DNA of 63,285 nt, the filler included, from Basidioascus undulatus (Eukaryota), in NCBI GenBank assembly GCA_000826855.1. It is 17 parts of 17 records of this genome, joined end to end, with 100 filler letters (N's around TTAATTAATTAA, not from the genome) between each part and the next. Parts side by side here need not be neighbours in the genome. Positions count along the whole stretch, not along the records: positions 2,534 to 25,531 come from JTLS01000277.1; positions 25,632 to 28,064 come from JTLS01002769.1; positions 28,165 to 30,596 come from JTLS01002770.1; positions 30,697 to 33,124 come from JTLS01002771.1; positions 33,225 to 35,648 come from JTLS01002772.1; 12 more parts are not named here. One strand, given 5' to 3'. Every line of letters starts with the position of its first letter. The first letter of the stretch is position 1. This document shows positions 22,887 through 35,748 of this stretch, one piece after another. Below the pieces are notes generated by a model. It searched no databases. It saw only the letters and a program-made list of their open reading frames with translations, and was not told the origin of the DNA. A program made the position numbers and the translations under genes.

Positions 22887-25531
22887 ATGGACGAGCTTGC
22901 AGCCGCCCTCAGCGCGGCATCCTTAAACTCGCCGTCCAGACATCAGCCGTCTTTGGGCGACGGCGCAGAGGCAGCGCCGAATGCGGGAGCCTCGGATGGG
23001 ACCGAGGTCAGGGCTGCAGTCGTCCTGCAGGAGGCTTGCGCAAAGCACCGATACGTGAGTGCACAGTCTCAGCTTGGGATGCCACATCGAGTATTTTGAC
23101 ACCGAGGGGTCCCGCAGATCCGCAACGACGACATCGAAACCATCGTCGAGCGCCCCGAGCGACTGCGAGCAGTCCGGACCGGCGTCGCAGCCGCAATCGC
23201 TCGGCTCGCGACCACCTCGCCATCTGGTCTTGTCTCCTCCCTCTCATCCCTCTCCATATCTGCACAGCCTTCCCCTACCACACTGTTCTCCTCACCCATC
23301 AACATCATTCACTCCACCGCCCGCGCCCCCCTCCTTTCCCACCCGGCGACCCAGTTCATTCACGCCTTCACTCCGCCCTCGCCGCCCGCAAAGCCGTACC
23401 CCGATGTCCTTCATGCTATCGCTGCAGAGTCAGCAGAGAAGATAGCACGAGAGGAGGTCGAGGTGCCAGACGAGTGGCCGCAGGGCGATCTCTACCTGTG
23501 TCCCGACAGCGTGGAAGCGATCGAGGGTGCCATCGGAGCTGTGTGTGAGGCGGTGGACCTGTGAGTATCTTACTCAACTTATTCGGCGCAAAAAAAATGC
23601 TGATGACACCTTGAAATCATAGTGTCGTGGCGAACGCCGCCGCTCGGCGACAACCCCCTACCACCGCACAGCCCGGCCCCGATGCACGATCACCGCCGGG
23701 GCCAACTCGGACGTTTGTGGCTATCCGCCCTCCGGGGCATCAGTGAGTTTAGTTTATTATCGAACTGTTCATCTCCAGCGCTCATCCTCTTCCTTCATAG
23801 CTGCGGCGAGGACGCCCCGTCCGGCTTTTGCTGTTCGTGATACTTGCATTGTCCCTTGCCAAGCCAATCGCTCATCAACCCGTGCCGTACAGGGGTCAAC
23901 AATGTCCTCATTTCTTCTGCACACGGTATGTCTCCCGGACATTGCGCTGTCGTTCCTTTCTTACCTTCTGCACCCTCGCTTCTCCAGCTCATCTCTCTCA
24001 CTCCATCTCACATATCGCCATCTTCGACATCGACTTGCACCACGGCGACGGCTCGCAATCGGTAAGCCCTTCGCGGTCTTTCTCCTTGCTCACATCGCTT
24101 CTGTGGTCTTCCCAGCTGACGCCAGCTGTAATAACTAGATTACCTGGGACGTCAACGCCGAGACCGCACGGAAGGAGCTCGAGCTGGCCGCGCGTCGTGC
24201 AGCGTTGTCCAACAAGCGTAAAAGCGGCGGGGGAGGCGTAACGTCGGACCCGCTTGCGGGCGAAAGCCCCGGTCCGAAGATCTTCTACTCTTCGATGCAC
24301 GACATCGAGAGTTTCCCCTGCGAGGTGCGGATAGTCGATTTCCCAATCTTTTCATGTACTGTGACTAAAGGGAAGCTGGGCGCCGGCTCGTACTTTGCAG
24401 GATGGGAACCCAGAGCGCGTCCGGAACGCATCTGTCGTTCTGTCGGCCCACGGGCAGAATATCTCGAATGTGCAGTGCGTGCCTCTTACGCATTCTCGAG
24501 CGTTTCCCGACGACGCTGAACGCGGCTCTGCATTCTTTCCTCCTTGCGACAGTCTCGACAGCTTCAAATCAGAGGCGGACTTCTACGCGCGCTGCTACCC
24601 GAGATACAAGGACGCTCTGCTGGGCCGCGCGCGGGCCTTCCTCGCAGGCGTCCCGCCCGAGAAGGCGCTGATCCTAGTCAGGTGGATCACGCCTCTGCCT
24701 TTCTGACCATACCCCACCCTTGTTCTTTCAACTGACACTGTCACTTCGTTCATCCGGGCAGTGCTGGATTCGACGCCTGTGAGCACGAAGGTGTAGGGAT
24801 GAGCCGTCATGGGAAGCACGTCCCAGTATCGTTCTACGAGACCTTTGCGCGAGACGTGCGTATCAACCCTTGCCTGCGTCTTCGGTTCCGACCTTGTGTG
24901 TGAGTCTTCATGTCTGATGAGCCCTGTTATGCGGACCGCAACAGGCCAGCGCATTCGCGGACGAGCTCGCAGACGGGAAGCTCGTCTCGGCCCTCGAAGG
25001 CGGGTACTCGGATCGCGCGCTCTCCAGCGCAGCCTTCGCGTGGGTCACGGGGCTCGGCGCCGACACTGCCACCCCAACCGGAAGCTCGCAAGACTGGTGG
25101 ACGGTCAAGAACCTCGAAAAGGTTCGTGCTCGACGCACTCCCTTTAGATGGGTTGCTCTCTGACGCCTGCCTTTGCCCGGTGTCCCAACAGCTTGAAGCC
25201 GCCACCAAGCGTCCCAAACGGCGCACCGCTAAGCCTCCCTCGCTCCCGGCCGACCCTTGGGTCCAGCTGGCGCGCGACATCTTCCTCTCCATATCCCCCG
25301 CATCCGAAGCCCTTCCGCCGCCACCTCAACCACGCCCGCCACCTCCGCCCCGCACCATGACGCTGCGCGACCGTGGGCCGAAGCAGGCTGCAGGCGGGTC
25401 GGCGTCGCTGCAGTCGACGCCCACTCGAGCGGCGAGCGAGAAGGCCGCCATGCCGCAGACGGCCGACAAGGTGCTGCTTGCCGGTCGAGGTCGGGACAGG
25501 GATTGGCAGGGCGCCGGCGCCACCGGCTGGG
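22887..25531 (+). CDS. HOS3: Histone deacetylase, Hos3 type (3' end cut by the contig end)
   Basis: IVERPERLRAV; WPQGDLYLCP; IRPPGHHCGE..SGFC; DIDLHHGDGSQ; SMHDIESFPCEDG; AHGQNI; AGFDACEHE; LEGGYSDRAL. Confidence 0.9.
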
Positions 25532-25731
25532 NNNNNNNNNNNNNNNNNNNNNNNNNNNNNNNNNNNNNNNNNNNNTTAATTAATTAANNNNNNNNNNNNN
25601 NNNNNNNNNNNNNNNNNNNNNNNNNNNNNNNCTTTGCCACCCGTGCCATCATCGCCACCCTCATCTGAGACATCAGTGTCATCATCTCCTCCTCCTCCTC
25701 CTCCTCCTCCTCCTCCTCCTCCCTGCCCGCG

Positions 25732-27057
25732 ATGCAGATCCCAAACCTGCACGACGCCCTCGCGGCGGTCCTCCCCTCCTCCTCGATCCCGCGCGAGCTC
25801 CAGTCCTTCATCCCGGGCCTCACGCCGCTCTCCACGCCGCGCCCGGTAGCAAGCGCAATCGCAACCTACCTCGCCGTGATCTTCGCGGGCAGGGAGCTCA
25901 TGCGCTCCCGCCTGCCCATGAAGCTCACAGCGCTCTTCCAGCTTCACAACGTCCTCCTCACCGTCGGCAGCGGGCTCCTCCTCGCGCTCATCGCGCAAGA
26001 GATCTTCCCTGGTGTTGCGAGCAACGGGTTGTTCTGGGGACTGTGCGATGAGAGGGCTTGGACGCCGGTGAGTGCCGTTGGGGGAGGGGTGGTTGGGCGC
26101 CGAGCACTGACGGACGAGGGACGGGATGGGGATGGGGTAAAAGAGGTTGGAGCTGTACTATCTGATCAACTACTACTTCAAGTACTGGGAGCTCCTGGAT
26201 ACCGTCTTCCTCGTGCTGAAGAAGAAGCCGCTTCGTGGGTCCTGCCCCCTACCCCAACCTCCGCCCATCCTTTTCCCCTCCCGCATCTCCCCCAGCGGAA
26301 TGCTGACAGGGCGGCCCGAACGATCAGAGTTCCTCCACGTCTTTCACCACTCCGCGACCGCCGTGCTCTGCTACGTCCAGCTCGAGGGGAAGACGTCTGT
26401 GGTGCGTCTTCCCTCCTCTCCTCTCTTCCCTGGCTCCTTCCTAGAATGTCGATGCTGAACGCGTATGGGAGGCTTGCGACAGTCATGGGTTCCGATCGTC
26501 CTTAACCTCGGCGTGCACGTCCTCATGTACTACTACTACTGGCGCACCGCAGGGGGACACAAGATCTGGGTTCGTCTCAACTCCCTCCTCCCTCCTCCCT
26601 TCCCCCATTCCCATCCCTTCGCCCTCTGACAACCCGCCCCCCAACCAACCAACAGTGGAAGCGCTACCTCACGAAGCTGCAAATCACGCAGTTCATCCTC
26701 GACCTCCTCGCCGTCGTCTTCGTGACCTATACGCACCTCGCGCACCTCTACTTCCGCTCCCTGCCTGGCGCGGCGCAGGACTGCGCGGGGACGACGTTCA
26801 GCCAGCTTATGGGCTGTGCGCTGCTCGGCAGCTATCTCGTGCTGTTTGTTGCGTTCTTTAGGAAGACTGTGAGTTGCGGGGACCTTTTTCCTTTGGGGGA
26901 GGAAGGGGAGGGGGGCAAAGGGTGGAGGCTGATGAGGAGGGAGGGAGGGCAGTACAAGAAGGGCGTTCCCGCCGGACGCGCTATCGGCCAGGCCGCGGAG
27001 AAGACTGCGATTGCGTCGGGCGCGGGTGCGGGCACGTTGAACGTGAAGGCCCGGTAG
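25732..27057 (+). CDS. Fatty-acid elongase (GNS1/SUR4/ELO family)
   Basis: [29 protein letters not shown]; histidine box [37 protein letters not shown]. Confidence 0.92.
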
Positions 27058-28164
27058 AGTTGTTAGAGCGGGATGTGTGTGGGTTGAGCGATTGAGGATC
27101 GAGGGGACGAGGGGGGAAGGGTGGTTGGATGGAGTGGATGGAGCGGAATTGGATTGAGGAATGAGAAAGGAAAAGTGGTAGATGAGGGAGGAGGGGGGTG
27201 AGGGCGAGACGATTGTTCTTGTTGCATGTTGTCGCTCGGATCGCATGGTTTCTGTTCCGCTGCTCTGTTTGGTTGTTGGGCACTGGATGTGGGAGGTTCG
27301 CAGGCTCGCGCATTCTGAGCGTTTGTCTGTCTGCCGTGAGGAGAGAAGGCCCTGGTGCATGCTGAAGGTGTATGTATACACGGCAGTTTGCACACAAGTA
27401 GATCTGCCATGTATCGCCAACGCCGGTTGATGTTGATGATCTTCCACCTGCCGACACCCACCATCACCGCTCAGCATGACGAGCCCGCCGAGAGGAAGGT
27501 CCGAAGAAACGATCACGCTTGACAAGCCGCTAGATATGCGAGATGGAACGCCTGGGACAGCGCGTGGCCAAGCTTGACTTGCCTTCGTCGTCCCACTGCC
27601 GCTGCAGTGTGCGACCGAAGATGGACCGATGATCATCATGGACAATACCCTTGAGACCCTCTCCTTTCTGGAACGTGATCAAACCCAAGTTAAATAAAGT
27701 ACTTTCCATCTCAACAAATAACCCGCATAGCAGCGTCGAGTAGCCGCGAGCTGAAAGCTGACACTGGCACTGCACCCTCAACCTTCGAGCCAAGCCCTCC
27801 GTGCGCACTAGCGCCGCAACATGCTCCGCCCTTCCCTTCCCTCGCACCGCGCCCGCTGACCTCGATCACATCCGTGCCTCTCCCACAGGGCCCTCAGGCA
27901 CCTTGGCATGCAGGCGGATATCAACATCCACACCCACACGCGTCGCTCTTCGCCCCTTTCCTCATTCCTCCTCCCACTCTCACGCTCTCACGCTCTCGCG
28001 CTCGCATATCCTGCTCATACGGACGGCTAAATATCACGGGGACAGTATAGGACGGAGAATGAAGNNNNNNNNNNNNNNNNNNNNNNNNNNNNNNNNNNNN
28101 NNNNNNNNTTAATTAATTAANNNNNNNNNNNNNNNNNNNNNNNNNNNNNNNNNNNNNNNNNNNN

Positions 28165-28875
28165 GGAAGCTGCCCGAGTCGGACTACTCGGAGCGCGGGG
28201 AGGGGACGCGGGGGCTTTGGCGGGAGAGGGAGCGGGCGCGACGGGCAGGGCTGGGGAGGACGCGGGGGTGGACGTAGGGGCGCGGGCGGGAGATGGGGAT
28301 TTGATGGGGGTGCCTGTAGATGATATGAACCTATAAGTATGGGAGGTGGAGCGCCTGCAGGCATGCGAGACGAAAACGAACGCTGTTGTTCGTCTTCCTC
28401 AGCTGGGGGCGGGGCGCGCGGGGGGGACGACGACGACGGGGACGGTGAAGACGCGTCGGTGTGGTCGCCGTGGAGTTCCGATACGCAGGTGTTCGCAGCG
28501 TCGGTGTGCGTGTGCGCGTCTACCACCCGCCCCAAAGTCAGCGCACTCCCATGTCTCCCTTCCTCCAACGCCGCAGCTCACCTTTCTCCGCCCGCCCCTC
28601 GTCCTCGTCGACCTTCCCGAGATTCTCCTTCTCCTCGACCTTCTCACTCACCCCAACTACCAGTTCCACATGCCCCAATCAGAATCATTCTACCCTTCTC
28701 TCCCGATGTGCGTCCACGCACCTTTCCCCCTGATCCTCGCGCTCCGGCGCAAGCCCTCCCCACCAGCCGATGGCGCGGGCGCGGGCTTCTTCTTCCCCGC
28801 CGCGCCGACGCCGCGCGGGTGGCCGCGTCGGGGTGCGGGTGCTGGTGCTACTGGTTGGGGTTGGGAGTCCGCCAT
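28165..28875 (-). CDS. 5' part of an unidentified gene (MADSQPQPVAPAP...LRRSARIRG...)
   Basis: ATG at 28875 and two phase-compatible GT-AG introns. The protein is low-complexity with no domain I recognise. Confidence 0.45.
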
Positions 28876-29933
28876 TGCCGGGCGGAAGGGGCGGAAAGGG
28901 GGGAGGGAGATGAGGACAAAGTCGGGTGGGCGGGCGTGTGAGGGCAGGAGGGGAACCGCAACAAACAAGGCGTCGCGGTTGCACGCGATCTGATGCGTCA
29001 CGTGACTTTGACTTTGCAATTGACGTGCCGATGACAGCGCCTGACTTCCTATGCCAACACCGGGAACATGACCTATGAAGGCCACAATATTGGCATGTTG
29101 CTTGATGAGGTTGAACGCCCTGGAAACACTCCTTGGCGTCTGTGAGTTGGAGAGCGCCTTCCACTCAATCATGAACTTCTCGACCCGCGGTACCTTCAAC
29201 ACACACCGTGTGATGAGGGAGGTGCTGCCCACGACTACGTTGCTGTCCATGGCCGCCGTGAGAAGGCAACTGGAGTTGGGAGGTCACCCCCGGCCTCCGC
29301 GCCCACCGCCCCGCCTACCCACACGGTTCCCGGAGAGAGCTCGCGAGCGCAGGGGTTCGTGTGCCTCACTTCAGTTACCTCACGTACTCGCTGACCCATT
29401 GACTGAACCCGTACGATACCCTCCCCTCATGATACGGATCTTTGCAATGCAACGCGACTCACTTTTCCGAGTAATGTGGTTTCGTGTATACCAATCTTCA
29501 ATAGAATGAGAACCGATTATTACAGTAGTTGAAGGTAGCTGAATGAAGCATGTGGTGGCAGCCACTGGCTACACCTCTCGGTTGAACGAGCAATCAACTC
29601 GGAAGTGCTGGTCGTCTTTCAGTAGAATCGCTTACAATCAAGGGTCGTCCACAGGATCCCTAAATTCTGAACCAAGCGGTACACAGACTACCCTGCCCCG
29701 GACCCTGCAAGCGCTTCATCCCGACTTTCCGGGCATTCTCTTCACAGCGCGGAACTCAAACTATCAATGTAAACGCATCTCCCGCATCTTACCATAGCAA
29801 TCACTATGTTTAATCAGTCGGAGAGGGAAGCTTCGCTCATGACTGTCCCTTGTCTTTTGCATGCATCGTATGAGCAAGCCGGCCTTCGGCCATCAGTAGC
29901 ACTTCACTCAAGTTCCTACATAAAGATTGATCA

Positions 29934-30596
29934 TCATTCACCATTTTGAAAACCCATTCTCAAGCCTCGAGCCAGGACGTCTTCGCATTGAAGCACCGCA
30001 TTCTCCCTCAGACAGTCTGAAACACCCACAATCCACATTGCACATCTCCCTTCGCTGCCGCTGTCGACTCGCCACTCCCATCTTTCCCATTCTCTCGGAC
30101 GACCTTCTCCTCCCCTTCCAGCACTCAGCTCGTTCGCTTCCCTAAACCCCCAACTCCAACCATGCTCGCAATCCCCACCTGCCAAGAATGCTCCAACCTG
30201 CTTTACCCTATCGTTTGTCCATCTCTTCCCACCCCATCCCATCCCGAAGCCTCCCCACGCCGCCCCTCCATCCCCGGCATACATCGACGCCGCCCCGGAC
30301 GCCGGCGAGGGCCCGAAGTACCCCCCTCCACCCGGCGCGCCGCCGGCAGCGCTCTCCCGCTCCCATGCGTCCCCGGCCGCGAGCGCGGCATGTTGCGCCA
30401 TCGCCGCCTGGAACTGGTGCTTGGCGACTTGCATCGCGTGCGCGTGGGCGGCGAGCCAGGCGGTCGGGTCCCCGCCCGCGCTGGGGGTGTTGGGGTGGGG
30501 AGAGGGGTTGGGTGCAAAGGGGAGGGAGGGCCGGGAGGGCGAGTGCAGGGAGATGATCGAGCAGCTTTGCGATCAGATCCGGTGCGCCGCACTCTT
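29934..30596 (-). CDS. 3' part of an unidentified gene (...AMQVAKHQFQAAMAQHAALAAGDAWERES...)
   Basis: Open GC-rich frame with a helical segment and a Gly-rich tail. The true 3' end is uncertain. Confidence 0.45.
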
Positions 30597-30696
30597 NNNN
30601 NNNNNNNNNNNNNNNNNNNNNNNNNNNNNNNNNNNNNNNNTTAATTAATTAANNNNNNNNNNNNNNNNNNNNNNNNNNNNNNNNNNNNNNNNNNNN

Positions 30697-30884
30697 GGTG
30701 CCCCGCCTGGGAGGATGGGCGGAGACGATTGGGAGGGAGATGTTGTCGGCGTGCGGCTCAAGGACGCGAACCCCAGGAGGAGGGACGCGGCGTCGTCGGG
30801 CACTTGGTCGGGTGCGGCGGCGGGCGGGGCAGGGGGGGAAAGTGAGGTGAGCGCTGGGTCTATCTGCGGGTCTGAAGAGTCCAT
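30697..30884 (-). CDS. N-terminus of an unidentified gene (MDSSDPQIDPAL...AASLLLGF)
   Basis: ATG at 30884; the frame runs off the contig. Confidence 0.4.
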
Positions 30885-32471
30885 GGGCGCTGGTGTGAGG
30901 GGTGAACGCGGTAGATGGGCAAGGCCAAAGTTCCAGGACGGGAGCACGCAGCTTCGCGCGAAAGCAGACTACGAGGCGGGTCGTCTGGACCGTTTGCTGG
31001 CGCCAAAGTAACGAGCAATTACCGGTTCTCAACCAGCACTATCCATCACCTTGGGGTCAGTTCACATATACTAATACATATCAAAATTATGAGTCACATG
31101 ACATGGAAGAGCAATTCATTGCAGTACAACTGAGTACAGTGGATTCCCCCCTCATCCGCGGCTGTCCGCACCTCCCAAATAGGTTAGGTCGCCAGAGCAC
31201 AAAACCGTCTTTCTCCCTCGTCCCTTCCTCTCTCCTTAACGCAAACATCACAACTCCTTTATACCGATCAAAAAGTGCGTCCATCTCCTTCATCTCATCC
31301 CCATTCCGCTCTCCTTCTTCCATGCTGATGGCTCTCCGTTTGTGCAGGCGCTTGCTGGCACGACAGCTCCATCTCTGTTGAGCCGTCGATTACCTTGCAG
31401 GTCGTTTTGGAGTTGGAGACCGAGCGCCCGCCTCCGGGCGGGACGAGGCTGGGATGGGTGACGTGCCTGAGTGGAATGACCTTCGTGTCGCCCGAATGAG
31501 GGCGGCGTCAATATCCCGGCCTACATGCCTTCGCTATGTGGGTTCCTCTTTCTTCTCGTTGGGTGTTGTGAGCAGGGGAGGGGTCGGCTTCTTCGTTGTT
31601 CCTTTCCATTGTTTCCTGTCCATCAATCGTCCTCTTACTACTACCGCTCGTGTCTTGTCGGTCGCTGGTGTGCGAGGTTGTCTTCATGGCTCAAGTTAAG
31701 GCATCAGATGGACCTCCTGCACCTCCTGGTCTTTGGTAGGCCAACCGTATAGCGATCAGCACCTACTGAACCTACTCAGCCGTGCAAAGTACATACTAAC
31801 CGAGCATCGCTACTTCTCTGGTGATCAGAACTTGTCCGGCGTGCTCAGCCTCTGCGATTTTCGCATTGCGAGGCCCACGGGTTGCCTTCCCTCTTGCTCC
31901 CAAAAATTGCGGCCTCTCGCGGCATTGCAATAGAGATTTCCGAATCTCTAATGGCACTCCCTTGTACAGCGATCGTGCTTGGCGTGCTGGTGATCCGACT
32001 ACAACAGCAGCGCTGCGTCGTGTTCCGTATGCATCGCCGCGCCCGGCTGCTTGCTGTATCTAAACTCGACTTGACACGCAATCTCCCCTCGATACTATCT
32101 CGATTGAACATGCAAAACTGGCAGGACCCGTTTACACAGCAGCGCCAGACGAAGTGGCGGTTGCATCAGGCACCCACGCTGTTTGACGCGCTGCCGCAAG
32201 CTGGCCCTGCCGCACCCTCGGCTCTCCCTCGGCTCTCATCACCCAGCTCCCTCCCTCCTCCCACCCGCACTCATCGGCGCCCTCGCCCCTTCTCACTCTC
32301 CCGCATCACTATCTTCATTTCCACTCATTCTCAGCGCCCGCCCAGACATCGGCTCAGCGCACACCATCCTCCCCCCTCCCCTCCGTCCCTTCACCCGATA
32401 CAGCGCCCTTCTGCTCTCCCAGCTCCCTCCTCCGCCCGGATCACGAGATCCAATCTTGAGAACAGCCAATA

Positions 32472-33112
32472 ATGGACGCCCTCGTACCGTTCACTACCTC
32501 CGGGCAGCTCCTCGACTGCGTAGACAGTCAGTTCCCTCTTCTCCCCTCCGCCTCCCATCGCAGCGCAGCCTTCTCAGCAGCCGTGAACAGAGAAGATGCT
32601 GGTCGTCTTGCGGGACGGGCGGAAACTGATAGGTGTCCTGCGCTCGTTCGACCAGTTCGGTGCGTCGCGTCTTGCCCGTCTGCCGAGCGGGGGAAGGTAT
32701 GCTGAGGGGGTGTGTGGGTGCGGAACAGCGAATCTGGTGTTGAACGATACGGTTGAGCGGGTGCATGTGGGGAACGAGTATGGGGATGTTCCCAGAGGGA
32801 TCTTTCTCGTCCGGGGCGAGAACGTCGTGCTGCTTGGTGAAATCGTTCGTCCCCTTTCCCTCCTCTCTCCCCATCCCCTGCCCCCTTCCTCCCTGCTCTC
32901 TCCCGGGCTCAAGTTCCGTTTCTCTTCCCGCACAGGACCTCGACCTGGAAGACACGGTCCCCCTCGTCCCCGCGCCAGTCGAGAAGCTCCTCCCCCTCCA
33001 CGCGGCGCAGGAGGAGCAGCACAAGCGCGCAGAGCACGCGCGTGACCGCGTCCTCCACGAGCAGGGGTTCTGCACCGAGCGCGTCGAGGGCGATGTGGAT
33101 GTGCATCGGTAC
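32472..33112 (+). CDS. LSM1: Sm-like protein Lsm1 (mRNA decay), 4 exons, stop codon not seen
   Basis: [67 protein letters not shown]. Confidence 0.93.
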
Positions 33113-33124
33113 AGATCGGAAGAG
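33113..33124 (+). other. Untrimmed Illumina adapter at the contig end
   Basis: The last 12 bases, AGATCGGAAGAG, are the TruSeq adapter prefix. Confidence 0.9.
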
Positions 33125-34251
33125 NNNNNNNNNNNNNNNNNNNNNNNNNNNNNNNNNNNNNNNNNNNNTTAATTAATTAANNNNNNNNNNNNNNNNNNNN
33201 NNNNNNNNNNNNNNNNNNNNNNNNTTCTATATCCGAGCCGTGGAAATGCGGCGGGCGGTGGTCGGGCCAAGAGGGGGACAGGGAGCTGATGCGGTGGGGA
33301 CGGGTAGATACGCGAGATTCAGAAGAACGCGGAGGCGGATACCGCGGCGCTCGCGGCGGCTTGGGCGGCGCTGGAGGAACACGTCCGTACGTCGTCGTCC
33401 CCTTTCCTTTCCCTCTCCCACCCCCACTTCCATTTTCTCTTCGTCCCCGACCGCCCGCTGAATTCCCAATGCGTTGTCAGACAACTATGTCGACCAGATG
33501 ACCAGCCGGCTCAACGCAGCGCGCACATGAGCCCGTCGTCCCCTCCCCCCGCATACCCCTTCGTTCGATTTCCCCTTTCTGCTTTGAGGCTTTCGGACCG
33601 TTGTATTATGGAACCTTTTTGCATTGCTTGCTTGCGGTGACTGCGCTGAGGCGGTGCGCCTGGCGCGAGTAAGGGTCTCACCATTTCCATTTGTAAACAG
33701 TTTACGGTTCGCAAACTGTTACTAATGAACTAACAGCACGGCAATCCTCCGGTAGTCCTTAGGAGGAAACGGCACAAGTATGAGTGCCGTGCAACACGGC
33801 AGCGCTGTCAAGGTTTGCCGTGCAACACAGCAGCACTGAGCTATGGCACTGCCGTGCACTCTCTGCGTTTATAATGCCATTTCAGGCATATTGCCTCCAG
33901 AAGTCTTCAACTCAATAGTTGGTGGTTTGTTCTTAGCTGGTCAAAACACCGTATCGCATTTCCCAGCGCATGAATGACCGCCGCAGCGGGCTGATGCAAA
34001 CGCTAGCTGAGCTGGGAAACATCCGTTTACGCCACAGGTTCGAGCCTGTCAGTGTTCGGGGAGATCCAGAGCAGCTGATCAGTGTGAGGCGAGCTTATCG
34101 CGGCGGTCCCAGCGGCGATCGAGCGACAGCGGAAGTTTTGGTCGATGTTTGCATGGCACCAGAAGGCTCGCGCATGTAGGCGCGGGTATAATGGGTGTGC
34201 GAAGTCGTAAGCAGGTAAGGATTAATGGTTATAATGGAATGGCGCGGCGTC

Positions 34252-35325
34252 CTAGCCCAAGAACCACCAGATTGCAAAGAATGCTGCGAGAGTGAGGACT
34301 GAGCCGGCGTAGAAGATGTGAATGTCTTGCCGACTATGTGCCCAGGCGCCCAATCAGCCAAGTGGTCGTCAGTTTCTCCCTGTCCACACCACAGCCGCAG
34401 CCCGGAGAAGGAAGGTGAGTGGAGGGGAGAGACGACGCACCTCCTCCGCTCAATAAACCCAATCACCTGCCTCCCCACGCCAATCGAGTTCGCAGCATCA
34501 AGCAACCTCCTCTGCGCGCGCTTGAGCGTGCCCCTCTGCTCCATGAGCCCATCCAGCACCGCCATCCCCTGCGCGATGAACCCATCGAGCGCGACGTCCG
34601 TGTCGCGCGCGAACTGATGCTCCCGCAGGTTGTACGCGTCTCGCGCACCAAGGCCGGGGAAGGTCGAGGTCGCGCGGTTGGGCAGAAAGAGCGGGTCGGG
34701 GACGGGGGAGGGCGTGGAGGAGGGGAAGGGCGACTCGGCGGTTGCGGAGGTGGGGGAGAAGGGGTTGTTCGTCCGCGGGCGCAGGCCGGAGGTGGAGGGG
34801 ACGGAGAGGAGCTCGGAGCGGTTGAGGGCGGCTGTCTGTGTGCGGTGCGGAGGGGGTTTGTGAGGGCGGAGTTGGTAGTTGGGGGCGAGGGGAGGACGCA
34901 CTCGATCGGCAGCGGCCGCTTTGCCTTGCTCGAACTGCGCTCGGAGGGAAACCAAGTCTTCCCTGAACTTTTGTACTCGTCTGCTCCCCCGCCCATCCCC
35001 AAATAAGTTGCCTCCCTCCTCCCACTGCTGCGAGAGTCAGGAGAGCGACGCACGCAAACGCCTTCTCCTGCTTGGCCTGGATCATCTCTCGCTTTGCCAT
35101 GCCCTCATAGTCCTCAATCGTCCGTCCGAGTGCAGCGAGCAACGCAGCGATCTGGCCTAGTCCGCCCCACCGCCAACATCAGTTCTCTCTTCCCCCCAGC
35201 GAGAGGAGGCGGGGTGGGGACGACGGACCGGTGAGCGCAGGCGTGGCCTCTTCGCTCTCGAGGCGCGCGATGTCCTGCTGGATCTTGGAAGACTGGCGTG
35301 TCGCCTGCGTGTAGAGCGCGTTCAT
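34252..35325 (-). CDS. BOS1: ER-Golgi Qb-SNARE Bos1/membrin
   Basis: MNALYTQA...GQIAASLAALGRTIEDY..MAKREMI..KQEKA; SNARE motif LDGFIAQG..VLDGLMEQRGTLK..QRRLLDAANSIG; C-terminal TM IFYAGSVLTLAAFFAIWWFLG*. Confidence 0.9.
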
Positions 35326-35748
35326 CCCTCCTGGCCTGCCTGTGGTGAAGAAGAGGAGAGGGAAGAGTGAAGTTAAGGGAAGGGAAGGTGGTGGATGTGT
35401 TCAGGCAACACGTCGCGGACACGCAGCGGGCGGAAGCACGCGGTGTCCGCGGGACGGGGAGGCGCCAAACAAGGACAAGAAGGTATTTTGGTTTCCTTTA
35501 TGTGACGCGCACTTTGGGTAGAGGAGCATCGAAAAGCACAAGATCAGACGGAGGAAATGTTCACATGTGCTCGCCGTAGCGACGTACTCATTACATAACC
35601 GCTCACTCTCCTACCGAGCTGTTCCTTCCCGGCATCAAGCACCCCTCCNNNNNNNNNNNNNNNNNNNNNNNNNNNNNNNNNNNNNNNNNNNNTTAATTAA
35701 TTAANNNNNNNNNNNNNNNNNNNNNNNNNNNNNNNNNNNNNNNNNNNN

